From assembly GCA_017882165.1 (NCBI GenBank), contig JADGPZ010000004.1:1-58824 (forward strand): a stretch of 58,824 nt of DNA. The letters are read 5' to 3'. Each line of letters begins with the position of its first letter. Positions within the stretch are counted from its first letter, which is position 1. The notes beneath the pieces were generated by a model. It made no database searches, was not told the DNA's origin, and saw nothing but the letters and a program-made list of their open reading frames with translations. The position numbers and the translations under genes were made by a program. Below are positions 1 to 9,234 of the stretch, one piece after another. The stretch comes from Candidatus Kapaibacterium sp. (lineage in GTDB: Bacteria; Bacteroidota; Ignavibacteria; Palsa-1295).

Positions 1-159
1 GGCATCAAACGGCTGAGCCGGCGGACCCGCACTTGCCCTGGCTTTGATGGACCAGATACTCATCGCCCTGGTGACGACGCTCAGTACCGCGATACTGGCC
101 GCGACGGTGATGATTATCGTCACCGCCATGATCATGCTGGAGAGATCGGATGCATTCAT
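1..159 (-). CDS. possible 5' part of a membrane-anchored protein running off the left edge (partial, unresolved)
   Basis: ATG at 157-159 (minus) directly follows an in-frame stop. It reads MNASDLSSMIMAVTIIITVAASIAVLSVVTRAMSIWSIKARASAGPPAQPFDA..., with one TM-like helix. It runs in the same direction as the upstream lipoprotein gene, separated from it by a 9-bp-stem hairpin (170-194). No SD seen. A competing 38-aa plus-strand ORF (47..163) overlaps it. Confidence 0.25.
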   Translation of the reverse strand, partial: MNASDLSSMIMAVTIIITVAASIAVLSVVTRAMSIWSIKARASAGPPAQPFDA

Positions 160-218
160 CTAGGTTGCCCGTAGTGAGAGCCTGCCTCACTACGAGCACA
201 GGCGACGCGAAGATTCGC

Positions 219-572
219 CTAGAAAGCCGGTAGGGTCAGCACCACTTCGTCACCTTCGTGGATCGTGATGGTCTCCGAAATCGGCGTTCTATTCCCTCCG
301 ATCGGGTCGGCAAGGAAACGAACGTCTGTCGATTCGGTCACTATTCCCCGCGGAATTGTGAGTTTCGTCGTGGCCAGAGCGTCAGCGGTGCCGAGCCGGA
401 TGCGCTGACCGCCGCGGATTATGAAAATGTCCATCGAAAGAGAGGCCCTGTTATCCACCGTCACAGTGGTCGCCGGCCGGTTGTCTGATGCGAACGGCTT
501 TCCCATCGACGCGCATGCGGCGAAGATGCCGAAAACTGCGACGAGGCCAAGAAGCTTCATTGTCTTGCTCAT
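219..572 (-). CDS. small lipoprotein, function unknown
   Basis: Internal ATG at 570-572 is preceded by AGGAGA. The N-terminus MSKTMKLLGLVAVFGIFAAC has a signal peptide and a lipobox Cys. The longer ORF-track start (626) has no signal peptide. Confidence 0.6.
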   Translation of the reverse strand: MSKTMKLLGLVAVFGIFAACASMGKPFASDNRPATTVTVDNRASLSMDIFIIRGGQRIRLGTADALATTKLTIPRGIVTESTDVRFLADPIGGNRTPISETITIHEGDEVVLTLPAF

Positions 573-685
573 ATTGCTCTCCTGATTACCGATAGTCGTA
601 CACACACAGCCAGTTACGTTCCACACACCCGCTCATAGATTGGAAACACGGCAGTTTATCGGCTCCCTGACGCAAGGAGCGGCGC

Positions 686-1867
686 TTGAAGGGAAAGCTC
701 ACTGTCCTCATGGTCACGGCGTTCGTGGACATGCTCGGACTGATAATCATCTTTCCGCTGCTGCCGTTTTACGCAAGCGCGTTCGGGGCAACGCCGGAAA
801 CGATCGGGTATCTGGTCGCGACGTACTCGGTGTGTCAGTTTTTCGCGGGGCCGGTGCTCGGTGGCCTCAGCGATCGGTTCGGCCGACGCCCATTGCTCAT
901 CTACTCGCAGCTTGGCTCGATGACCGGGTTCATCCTGCTTGCCGTGGCACATTCGTTGCCGATGCTATTTCTCTCCCGCATCGTGGATGGGATCAGTGGT
1001 GGCAATGTCACGATCGCCGCAGCCTATATCGCGGATGTGACGGAGCCGAAGGAGCGGGCCGGCGCGATGGCAGTGATTGGAATTGGTTTCGGACTTGGGT
1101 TCGTCGTTGGTATGCCGATTGGCGGCGTGCTTGCGGCGCATTTTGGGTATGCGGTGCCGGCGTTCGTTGCCGCCGGGTTTGCTTTGGCCAGTACATCGCT
1201 TACCACATTCTATCTCAAGGAGCACGATCACGTCAGGGACGACAGCATCGTCTTCGGGCTGCATTATTATACTCGCATCATCGAGTATTTTCGAATCGCG
1301 AACCTTCGTACGTTGCTCGTCACGTTTCTTTTCTTCGTGCTTCCGTTCTCGCTGTTCATGTCGATGTTCTCGCTGTTTGCGATGATCAAACTTCAGTTTA
1401 CGACGCAGGATATCGGTCTCTTCATGGGCTTTGTTGGTGTAGTGGGTGTGCTGTGGCAAGGTGGTGTGGTTCGACCGCTGGTCAAAAAGCTGGGTGAGCT
1501 GATGTCGCTTCGAATTGGACTCGCCGCGATGGTCGTTGGCTTGTTAGGACTGGCCTTCGCGCAAACGATTCCGATGCTTGCGGCGGTCGCTGTAATCCTC
1601 TCCTTCGGCACTGGCGTCACGCGGCCAACACTCTCAAGCCTCATCACACAGTATGCGCCACCGACGCGGAGAGGTGGCGCGCTTGGAGTTTCTTCATCGC
1701 TTGAAAGTCTCTCGCGAGCGATCACGCCGATCCTCGGCGGCTGGATTATTGGAGGGCTACATCCGAATTACATCGGCTATGTCGGCGCTGCGATGGCGGC
1801 GGTAGCAGTGTTCTTCTCGCTTCGCGTACATTTCGATAGCCACGAACTCACGCGGGCTACTCCTTAA
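686..1867 (+). CDS. MFS transporter (DHA1/tetracycline-resistance-like)
   Basis: TTG start with AAGGAG 6 nt upstream. About 12 hydrophobic segments. MFS motif A GPVLGGLSDRFGRRPLL. Confidence 0.9.
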   Translation: MKGKLTVLMVTAFVDMLGLIIIFPLLPFYASAFGATPETIGYLVATYSVCQFFAGPVLGGLSDRFGRRPLLIYSQLGSMTGFILLAVAHSLPMLFLSRIVDGISGGNVTIAAAYIADVTEPKERAGAMAVIGIGFGLGFVVGMPIGGVLAAHFGYAVPAFVAAGFALASTSLTTFYLKEHDHVRDDSIVFGLHYYTRIIEYFRIANLRTLLVTFLFFVLPFSLFMSMFSLFAMIKLQFTTQDIGLFMGFVGVVGVLWQGGVVRPLVKKLGELMSLRIGLAAMVVGLLGLAFAQTIPMLAAVAVILSFGTGVTRPTLSSLITQYAPPTRRGGALGVSSSLESLSRAITPILGGWIIGGLHPNYIGYVGAAMAAVAVFFSLRVHFDSHELTRATP

Positions 1868-3539
1868 CAAACTGCGCCCGGGTGGCACCGTCGCCCACAT
1901 AATAAACGCCTGCTGGAAGGTTAGCAATAATTAGCTTCCCATCCTGCCACGGACATCGATATGCCCTTCCGAGCGCATCGACCACAGGAATCTTGCCCGA
2001 TAATCCCTCTACATTCAGCATGTCATGCGCCGGATTTGGATAGACCGCAATCGATGCTGCGGTCTCGCTGGGAAGGATCTTCACGCCACTCGTGCCCTTG
2101 TAAACGATAAACGTCCGCTGGGCCGTATTGCTCTGGTTTGTCGCGTTGAAGGCCTGAAGATAGATATAGTATTGCCGCCCAGCTTGGCCAGGAGACGTAT
2201 CCACTAAATTGCTGAGGTGGAAATAGGCCGTTGTAAAATTTGAATCTTTGAGCACCAGGGTTGTATTGCTATCGGGATACCCCGACGTCGTGATCGCAAT
2301 CGAATACCGCGTTGCACCGGGAACCGGATCCCACGTCACATTGAACGTCTGTGGCGCGGCAGGCGGACTAAAGTGGGGATAGGTAATATTCGGCAGACTC
2401 AAAATACCATTCGGATGATAGACTAAAACAGCTCCATCCCCGGAGGCAATCATCGCATGGTTCGTATCCGGATAGGCGACATCACTAAGCAGATCGTTGC
2501 TCTGGGCATCGATCATGAAATCGGAGTGAAGCTCGTTCCAGGTCGTGCCGCCGTCGGCGGTTTGAAGAATAAGCCCTTGATCGCCGCAGGCGAAGCCATG
2601 GAGCGAATCGGCGAATGCGATACTATATAGACCCGCCGTATTGTTAAATAACGATGTCGAAAAAGGTACGATTTGTTTCGACAAAATATTCGTCCAAGTC
2701 AACCCGCCGTCCGTCGTCTTGTCGATCTCGGCGGTTTCTGTTCCCAGGTTGAGATCGAATATCGTCCCGGATGCAAAACCAATCTGAGGATTGATAAAGG
2801 CAAACTTCGTGATGGTCTTATTAGCTTGAAATCCGGAATCCCACGTTATCCCGAGGTCTGTCGATCGATAAATAACGCTATTAGGGTATGCATTGTTTGC
2901 AGCCACTAACAGCGTATGGGGCACCTGATATGCGACAACTGGATTCGGTGGCATACCGAATCCAGAACCGTCAACCTGAAAATGAGGAGTCGGAACGGAG
3001 CGCCAAGTGACGCCTCCATCGGAAGAAAGAAGGGCGGAATCGCAGATGTTAGTAGCCTGACCGCTGATAAGCATGACTATGTAATTGCTGTCGAGCGTAG
3101 CGATTGCTCGTATCGCGTTTGGCGAACCACCCGCTTTTATTGAAATGCCCATCGCAGTATCGGTCCACCTTATTCCGCCGTCCGTCGAACGGACAACGTG
3201 GCCGACTGCACCCTGGTAATCCGAGTATGCGGCAAGAATGAGGTTGTGCGACGGATGTACAACACCGGCAAAGCTTGTTCCTGACCGCATTTTGTATGAG
3301 GGTGAATCGATGATAACATAGTTCCATGACTTTCCATAATCCCGTGTCAGGATTTCAAAATCAGGTACACTCCAAGCAAGAAGACAGTCATTAGAATCGA
3401 GCGCCATCAGCTGAGCCACGGCACCTACCGTCCCAGACCCACGAAGTTGGTTATGCAGCCAAAACGATTGTGCGGAAACGACCGAAGGAGGGAGGCACGC
3501 AGCTAATGCGGCCAGGGCAAGGACTCGATAAACTCTCAT
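1857..3539 (-). CDS. secreted beta-propeller (BNR/Ycf48-like repeats) protein with FN3-like region and T9SS C-terminal sorting domain
   Basis: Signal peptide MRVYRVLALAALAACLPPSVVSAQ. Repeated S-x-D-G-G-x-T-W motifs. C-terminus VYPNPAHDMLNVEGL...LPAGVYYV is typical of T9SS CTDs. Confidence 0.85.
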   Translation of the reverse strand: MRVYRVLALAALAACLPPSVVSAQSFWLHNQLRGSGTVGAVAQLMALDSNDCLLAWSVPDFEILTRDYGKSWNYVIIDSPSYKMRSGTSFAGVVHPSHNLILAAYSDYQGAVGHVVRSTDGGIRWTDTAMGISIKAGGSPNAIRAIATLDSNYIVMLISGQATNICDSALLSSDGGVTWRSVPTPHFQVDGSGFGMPPNPVVAYQVPHTLLVAANNAYPNSVIYRSTDLGITWDSGFQANKTITKFAFINPQIGFASGTIFDLNLGTETAEIDKTTDGGLTWTNILSKQIVPFSTSLFNNTAGLYSIAFADSLHGFACGDQGLILQTADGGTTWNELHSDFMIDAQSNDLLSDVAYPDTNHAMIASGDGAVLVYHPNGILSLPNITYPHFSPPAAPQTFNVTWDPVPGATRYSIAITTSGYPDSNTTLVLKDSNFTTAYFHLSNLVDTSPGQAGRQYYIYLQAFNATNQSNTAQRTFIVYKGTSGVKILPSETAASIAVYPNPAHDMLNVEGLSGKIPVVDALGRAYRCPWQDGKLIIANLPAGVYYVGDGATRAQFVKE

Positions 3540-3649
3540 AAGTTAGGTTAAATTAGGATCACCTCTTCCTAAAACACTCCTCTCCGCCGGAAGTTGCGGA
3601 ATCGTGCCGAACTTGACTACTCAATTAATACCTACGTGTCCTAACGCAA

Positions 3650-4120
3650 CTAATCATACCCCACTTGCGCGACGGCATACGCCGCGACGCCTTCCTCGCG
3701 GCCAACAAAGCCGAGGCGTTCGCTGGTGGTGGCTTTGACTGAGACGCGCTTTATGTCAAGCGAGAGTGCCAACGCAATCCGCTCGCGCATGGCTTCGATG
3801 TGAGGGCGCAGACGCGGTGCTTCGAGCACGACCGTCGCATCGACATTTACGACGTGCGCGCCTTCATGGCGGAGAATATGATACACGCGCGTGAGCATGG
3901 CGATCGAGTCCGCGGCGCGCCATTCTTCTTTGGTGTCGGGAAAGTGGAGACCAATATCGCCGAGCGCGAGCGAACCGAGCAGCGCATCCATGATCGCGTG
4001 AACCAGCACATCGCCATCCGAATGCGCAACCGTGCCGAGACTCGATTCCAGAGTGATGCCACCTAAGACGAGCGTCTCGCCTTCTACTAGCCTATGGACA
4101 TCATATCCGAATCCGATCAT
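3650..4120 (-). CDS. ispF: 2-C-methyl-D-erythritol 2,4-cyclodiphosphate synthase
   Basis: MIGFGYDVHRL...HSDGDVLVHA...GDIGLHFPDT are canonical IspF motifs. The start overlaps the topA stop by 4 nt, suggesting an operon. Confidence 0.95.
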   Translation of the reverse strand: MIGFGYDVHRLVEGETLVLGGITLESSLGTVAHSDGDVLVHAIMDALLGSLALGDIGLHFPDTKEEWRAADSIAMLTRVYHILRHEGAHVVNVDATVVLEAPRLRPHIEAMRERIALALSLDIKRVSVKATTSERLGFVGREEGVAAYAVAQVGYD

Positions 4121-6474
4121 CCTACCTTCGTTTCGCTGGCGATCTCGTTTTGGGATTCGTCAAACTCCCGCTTGCAATTCGTACACTTGAGGAATTCGCC
4201 TCGGTCGCGGGTCCATTTCGTCGCGAGCCAGTTGTTGCTGCACACCGGGCACGGCTTGTTGACCGGCTTATCGTTCGAGATGAAGTCGCACTCGGGATAG
4301 CGGGCGCAGCCCCAGAACTTGCGTTTGCCCTTGCCGCCGCGTCGCTCGGCAATGTCGCCGACGTGACACTTCGGGCACTTGATGCCGGTCGGCATCTGTC
4401 GCGTGAACTTACACTTTGGATACCGGCTGCAACCGATGAATTTGCCGAAGCGGCTCGAACGGATCAGCAGTTCGCCGATACCTTCGCCATCGTTACGCTT
4501 AATGCACTCGGGACATTGCTCACCGGTCTTCTCCGGCGCGGGCTTACCTTCGTTCTTCAGCGAAGTCTTCTTGCCGCACTTCGCACAATCGAGGTACATC
4601 CCGAACCATCCGGACTTGACCTCGGTCTCCATCGATCCGCAACTCGGGCACGGGCGAACGGGCATCTCTTCGGAGAGCCGTTCATCCACTTGATCGAGCA
4701 CGCTCTTGAACGGTATGTAGAAATCGGACATGACCGATTCATACGTCCGCTCGCGATCGGCAATGGTATCCAGCTCCAACTCCATCCGCGAGGTAAACTC
4801 GACGTTGAAGATTTCCGGAAAACTCTTGACCAGGATGCGGTTCACATCACGTCCCAGCGTCGTCGGAAACAAGCGCCGCTCTTCCTGCTCGACGTAATTG
4901 CGCTCCTGAATCGTACCGACGATCGAAGCATACGTCGAAGGCCGTCCGATTCCGAGCGATTCCAACTCTTTGACGAGTGTGCTCTCACTAAATCTGGGCG
5001 GCGGCTTCGTCTGGCTCTCGGCCAAGTCGATCTCCTCGATGTTCGCCGTTTGCCCTTGCTGAATTCCATTCGGCAGACGCTTTGACTCTTCAGCCTCGGC
5101 TGCTTTCGCCGGAGTCTCATCGACATCCTCCAGCACCTGCATGTAACCGTTGAATGTAATGACGGAGCCCGTCGCGCGGAAGCGATACTTGCTGCCAGTG
5201 TTCTCAACGGATTCGATCTCGACCTGCGTCTGATCCATCAGCGCCGGCGCCATCTGGCTTGCGACAAGCCTCTTCCAGATCAACTCATACAGCGCGTAGA
5301 GATTCTTATCCTGCGCTTCGAGGAATGGCCTTACGCGCTTTGGGTCATTGAAGATTGAAGTCGGACGAATCGCTTCGTGCGCCTCTTGCGCGCCTTTGAC
5401 CTTCTTGGTGTTGCGCTCCGGGCCTTGATACTGCGGTCCGTAATTTTTTTCGATATAGGAAAGAGTCTCCGCGCGCGCTTCATCCGCAATGCGTGTGGAG
5501 TCCGTACGCATGTAGGTGATGAGTCCAGTCAGACCTTCTTCACCCAGCTCGACGCCTTCGTAGAGTTTCTGCGCGAGTTGCATCGTCTTGCGCGGCGGAA
5601 ACCGGAGCTTCGAACTTGCGGCCGCTTGCAACGAACTTGTAATGAATGGCGGCGGCGAGTTCTTTCGCACTTCACGCTTGGTGAGCGATGCAATGCGATA
5701 CGCTTTTTGTCGCGCATCGGCGGCATAGCCACGCGCGGTTACGGCATCGCCAATAAAACTCTTGCTCGCATCTTCGGCGAGATCTTGCGCGCTTCCTTCA
5801 GGATTTCGGAATTCCGCGCCATCGACGGAGATGAGTCGCGCGTGAATTGGAAACTCTGTCGATTCAGTCGAGAAATCGGCCCAGAGATTCCAGTAAGCGA
5901 TCGGCTGGAATCGCTCGATCGCATCCTCACGCTCACAGATCAAACGGAGCGCAACGGACTGCACTCGGCCCGCCGATAGTGCCTCGCCACTTTTGCCAAC
6001 GAATGCTTTCCAAAGAATCGGCGAGACCTGATAACCGATGATTCGGTCCATGACGCGGCGCGCCTGCTGCGCTTCGAAGAGCGCCGTATCGACATCGCGA
6101 GGATGCTTCATCGCCTCGGTGATGCCGCTCTTCGTGATCTCGGTAAAGAGCACGCGCTTGATGTTGCTGTTTTTGGAAGCGACTTCACCAGCGAGATGGT
6201 ATGCGATGGCCTCGCCTTCGCGGTCAGGGTCCGTCGCGATGAAGACTTCTTTCGATTTCGCCGCGAGCGCCTTCAGCTTGTCGATGATCTCCTTCTTGCC
6301 CTTGATCGTCGTGTAATGCGGCAAGAACGTGCCATCGAGATCGATGCCGAGCTTCGACTTCGGCAGATCTTTGACGTGACCGACCGATGCCTCGACAACG
6401 TAATTGCTGCCGAGGTATTTATTAATGGTTTTCGCCTTTGCGGGCGATTCTACAATGACGAGCGACTTAGCCAT
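4117..6474 (-). CDS. topA: DNA topoisomerase I
   Basis: Toprim N-terminus LVIVESPAKAKTINKYLG, catalytic core, and C-terminal CxxC...CxxC zinc-ribbon repeats. Confidence 0.97.
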   Translation of the reverse strand: MAKSLVIVESPAKAKTINKYLGSNYVVEASVGHVKDLPKSKLGIDLDGTFLPHYTTIKGKKEIIDKLKALAAKSKEVFIATDPDREGEAIAYHLAGEVASKNSNIKRVLFTEITKSGITEAMKHPRDVDTALFEAQQARRVMDRIIGYQVSPILWKAFVGKSGEALSAGRVQSVALRLICEREDAIERFQPIAYWNLWADFSTESTEFPIHARLISVDGAEFRNPEGSAQDLAEDASKSFIGDAVTARGYAADARQKAYRIASLTKREVRKNSPPPFITSSLQAAASSKLRFPPRKTMQLAQKLYEGVELGEEGLTGLITYMRTDSTRIADEARAETLSYIEKNYGPQYQGPERNTKKVKGAQEAHEAIRPTSIFNDPKRVRPFLEAQDKNLYALYELIWKRLVASQMAPALMDQTQVEIESVENTGSKYRFRATGSVITFNGYMQVLEDVDETPAKAAEAEESKRLPNGIQQGQTANIEEIDLAESQTKPPPRFSESTLVKELESLGIGRPSTYASIVGTIQERNYVEQEERRLFPTTLGRDVNRILVKSFPEIFNVEFTSRMELELDTIADRERTYESVMSDFYIPFKSVLDQVDERLSEEMPVRPCPSCGSMETEVKSGWFGMYLDCAKCGKKTSLKNEGKPAPEKTGEQCPECIKRNDGEGIGELLIRSSRFGKFIGCSRYPKCKFTRQMPTGIKCPKCHVGDIAERRGGKGKRKFWGCARYPECDFISNDKPVNKPCPVCSNNWLATKWTRDRGEFLKCTNCKREFDESQNEIASETKVG

Positions 6475-6645
6475 GCACGATGCGTTCTCTGATAATCAAT
6501 AGGTCTCATAGGATCTATTCGTCCTATTCATGAGCGGCGGCAAACATACGGCGTGCCGTTTAAAGTGCGGAATGCCTTGGGCGGCTCGGGGGATCCAGTC
6601 TGACGAGCAGCAACTCATTACTCGTTACTCATCACTCGTTACTTT

Positions 6646-6691
6646 AAAAAAGAAAACCGCAGCGTGCCGAGAAAAGTAGACAGCGCTGCGG
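6646..6691 (-). terminator. rho-independent terminator (minus strand; possibly bidirectional)
   Basis: CCGCAGCG (6657-6664) pairs with CGCTGCGG (6684-6691). On the minus strand the hairpin is followed by TTTTCTTTTTTAAAG. On the plus strand a weaker T-rich tail follows. Confidence 0.6.
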
Positions 6692-6817
6692 AGCTCTTGT
6701 TTTGTTTGCCCTAATAGAACCCGATAGCCGAAGCCACCGGATTCGCGCACACTGGACGAAATTTCCGTGAGAACAGTTTCCCGGTTTTACGAGAAAATTA
6801 TGAAAATATTCGGCCCA

Positions 6818-6838
6818 CAAAAAAGGCCCGCAACGGGC
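6818..6838 (-). terminator. short rho-independent terminator (minus strand)
   Basis: GCCCG-caa-CGGGC hairpin, followed on the minus strand by CTTTTTTGT. It lies about 180 nt downstream of the ABC remnant stop. Confidence 0.4.
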
Positions 6839-7016
6839 TGCCGAAAGCGTACCTTCTCCCATAACAGGAGATCGGGGTGCGCCTCCGGCAAACCATCACG
6901 GGCCGAGGCTTCGATTGTGCTTATTCTCCCAAAGCATCGCGTGCGTTCAACAGACGATGCCTTGCGTTAAAAACGACACCGTGCGAAGGCGAATAGTTTC
7001 AGCGTGACGAGTTCAC

Positions 7017-7448
7017 CTACATCCGCACCACCATCAGATTCCCCGATTCGTACCGCTTCATCACGTGGCGGAAGAAAAACACGGCAAACATCATGCTCAG
7101 ACCGGCGGCAAGCATCAGGATGCCAATGAGCAGCTGACCGAATACAGTGCCGATCGAGTGGGCCAGTTGCTTGCGCTCGCGAGAGGGGTCGAGCCCAGCG
7201 CAACGGATACCTCCACTCGTCGGCATCAGGATTCCAGTCAACATTTTGATCGTGGTCGATTTGCCGGCGCCGTTCGGGCCGATGAAAGCGATCAACTCAC
7301 CGGCCTCACAATCGAACGAAATCCCACTGACGGCCTCGATTTCGCGGAATTCAGGCCGGGCGAGCGAACGCATGCTGCCCCGAAGGCCAGCTCGCTTCTG
7401 TTTCGCCCGGAAAGTCTTCCGGAGATCTCGTGCTTCGATGATGGGCAT
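7017..7448 (-). pseudogene. collapsed ABC transporter remnant: ATPase N-terminus fused in frame to a terminal TM segment
   Basis: aa 1-105 match an ABC ATPase up to the Q-loop (Walker A GPNGAGKST ... TVFGQ). The sequence then switches to LLIGILMLAAGLSMMFAVFFFRHVMKRYESG... No signature motif, Walker B or H-loop is present. Only 143 aa. Confidence 0.7.
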
Positions 7449-7680
7449 TCGTGTCCTGCTTAGATATAGAGAGTAAGTCGGCTCGAACGATTTTGTTACA
7501 GCATAATCATGATTTTTCTGTTATGTCCCTCTCAGGAAGGGGTTACATCACTGTTACTCCTGTTTCGCGGTCTTGACAACCTCCAAATCAGGTCAGGCAC
7601 GTCAATGCTTTTCTGGTTGACCATCATCCAAACGCGGGTCAAAGTGGCCTTCGTTTAGTCTCGGTCATCCACCGTGTATA

Positions 7681-9021
7681 ATGAAGCGGTATCGCATTCT
7701 CGCGTTCGGGTTAATCCTCGCGTTTTTCGGTCAAGCTGGGACCGCAGCACCGCTGCTGGCAAACGTCCATTCCATTTCGCCAAAACGGACACCTTCGAAG
7801 CGTCCGGGCATTCCAGCCACGCAAGCTCCAACCAAACGGGGTGAGCTTTCTCGGCTGTGGCACGAGGCCGGAATGGCCTATATGCGCGCCGATCCCGTCG
7901 CCGCGCGAGATACCTACCGTTTGCTTTTCAAAGCGTGCGCGTTGCACCAGACGCCTTCGGCTGCGTGGTATGCCGCGATGGCGCAGTTCGGAATTGCGCG
8001 GACATCGTCACGGCTTACCGACACCACTGAAACACGATTGGCCTTACTGAATGCGCTCAGGGGTGGCTTCTGGAATTTCGATGTGCTCGACCGCGACTCG
8101 ATCATTCGCAATGTGGCCGGAAACCTCTGGTTCGATTCGCTCGTCAACCTCTATAAAGAACTTCGACTCATCAGCACCCCAACGTGGGCCGCGCAACAAC
8201 CGCTCGTGGTATTGCCTGCCTCCGATCCAATCGTAGCGAAGCGACTTGCAACATTATCGCCAACGATGTCGGCCGGACTGCGCGTACTACTCACGCACTA
8301 CGCGGTCCTCACGATGGATTCCACGCAACGCTCCATGGTGAGGAAGGCGCAAGTTGTGCCGTTGGATGAGTTCGGTGCTTTGTTGCACGAGAAGGCAGAC
8401 GCACGTCAGGTCCAACTTATCGTCGCGCTCCATGGCGGATGTGCCTCGTACAATGAATTTGCCCGCCACTGGTGCAGGGTTGCGGATTCCATTAGGACGT
8501 ATGTTCTTGTTCCGGCAGGCAATATCCGGTACTCCGAGGATATGAATAGTTGGGATGACAACATCGAATCGACCGACGAATCGGTCACTGCTGCGCTGGA
8601 CCGGTACGAGCATTGGTGCGGTTGCCAACCGGATGCCTATATTGCCGGCTTCTCGCAAGGTGGAATGGCGGCGATCAAGCTCGGACTCATGCATCCCGAT
8701 CGGTATCATGCTGTCATCTCGATTGCTGGACTGCTGGATGGGCCACTTCCGGCGGACGCCCTTTCTCAGGCGGCACAGTCGGGACTTCGCATTTACGCGA
8801 TGAGCGGCGAGTTCGACAGCCCAACGTTCCGCGCATCGCTCGAAGCGGCGGGAAGGCAATGCACGCTGTCTGCCATCCCATTTAAGCTTGAAATTGTCCC
8901 CGGCACAATCCATGAAGTGCCGCGCGATTTCGACGCTCACATCGCCGGAGCATTGGCATGGATCCAAGGGCATGGCGCGCCCCAGACTGCCCAGTCCGCC
9001 CTGCTGAAGTCCTCACGCTAA
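7681..9021 (+). CDS. secreted alpha/beta hydrolase (phospholipase/carboxylesterase-type) with helical N-terminal domain
   Basis: Signal peptide MKRYRILAFGLILAFFGQAGTAA. Nucleophile elbow GFSQGG in the C-terminal half, with downstream Asp and His candidates. Confidence 0.75.
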   Translation: MKRYRILAFGLILAFFGQAGTAAPLLANVHSISPKRTPSKRPGIPATQAPTKRGELSRLWHEAGMAYMRADPVAARDTYRLLFKACALHQTPSAAWYAAMAQFGIARTSSRLTDTTETRLALLNALRGGFWNFDVLDRDSIIRNVAGNLWFDSLVNLYKELRLISTPTWAAQQPLVVLPASDPIVAKRLATLSPTMSAGLRVLLTHYAVLTMDSTQRSMVRKAQVVPLDEFGALLHEKADARQVQLIVALHGGCASYNEFARHWCRVADSIRTYVLVPAGNIRYSEDMNSWDDNIESTDESVTAALDRYEHWCGCQPDAYIAGFSQGGMAAIKLGLMHPDRYHAVISIAGLLDGPLPADALSQAAQSGLRIYAMSGEFDSPTFRASLEAAGRQCTLSAIPFKLEIVPGTIHEVPRDFDAHIAGALAWIQGHGAPQTAQSALLKSSR

Positions 9022-9234
9022 GCACTCATTGCGAAAAGCGTTGGGTGCTAAATGCCCATATTGAGTCCGGGAAGAGAAGTCCTTCAATTTGCGTGATTAT
9101 CCACGGTTCCACGATGAAGTATTTTATCGCGTTCGGTGTTACGCACCCCGCGAGCCCGCTTAAGCGGGCAACCCGCTCTGGCGGACGACCCGCTCGCGGG
9201 GGCGACTTAGCATTTAGTACTCAGCACTTTTGAT

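Noticed and set aside
47-163. 38-aa hydrophobic plus-strand ORF MDQILIALVTTLSTAILAATVMIIVTAMIMLERSDAFI
   Set aside because: It overlaps an equally plausible minus-strand ORF that runs off the window edge. There is no SD, it is too short to judge, and the two readings cannot both be real. It is kept only as an alternative.
6845-6905. FMN-riboswitch-like 3' motif (…GTTATGGGAGAAGGT…) on the minus strand
   Set aside because: The conserved RFN core (AGGGCGGGGTGAAATTCCC…) is absent. The resemblance is limited to about 10 nt.
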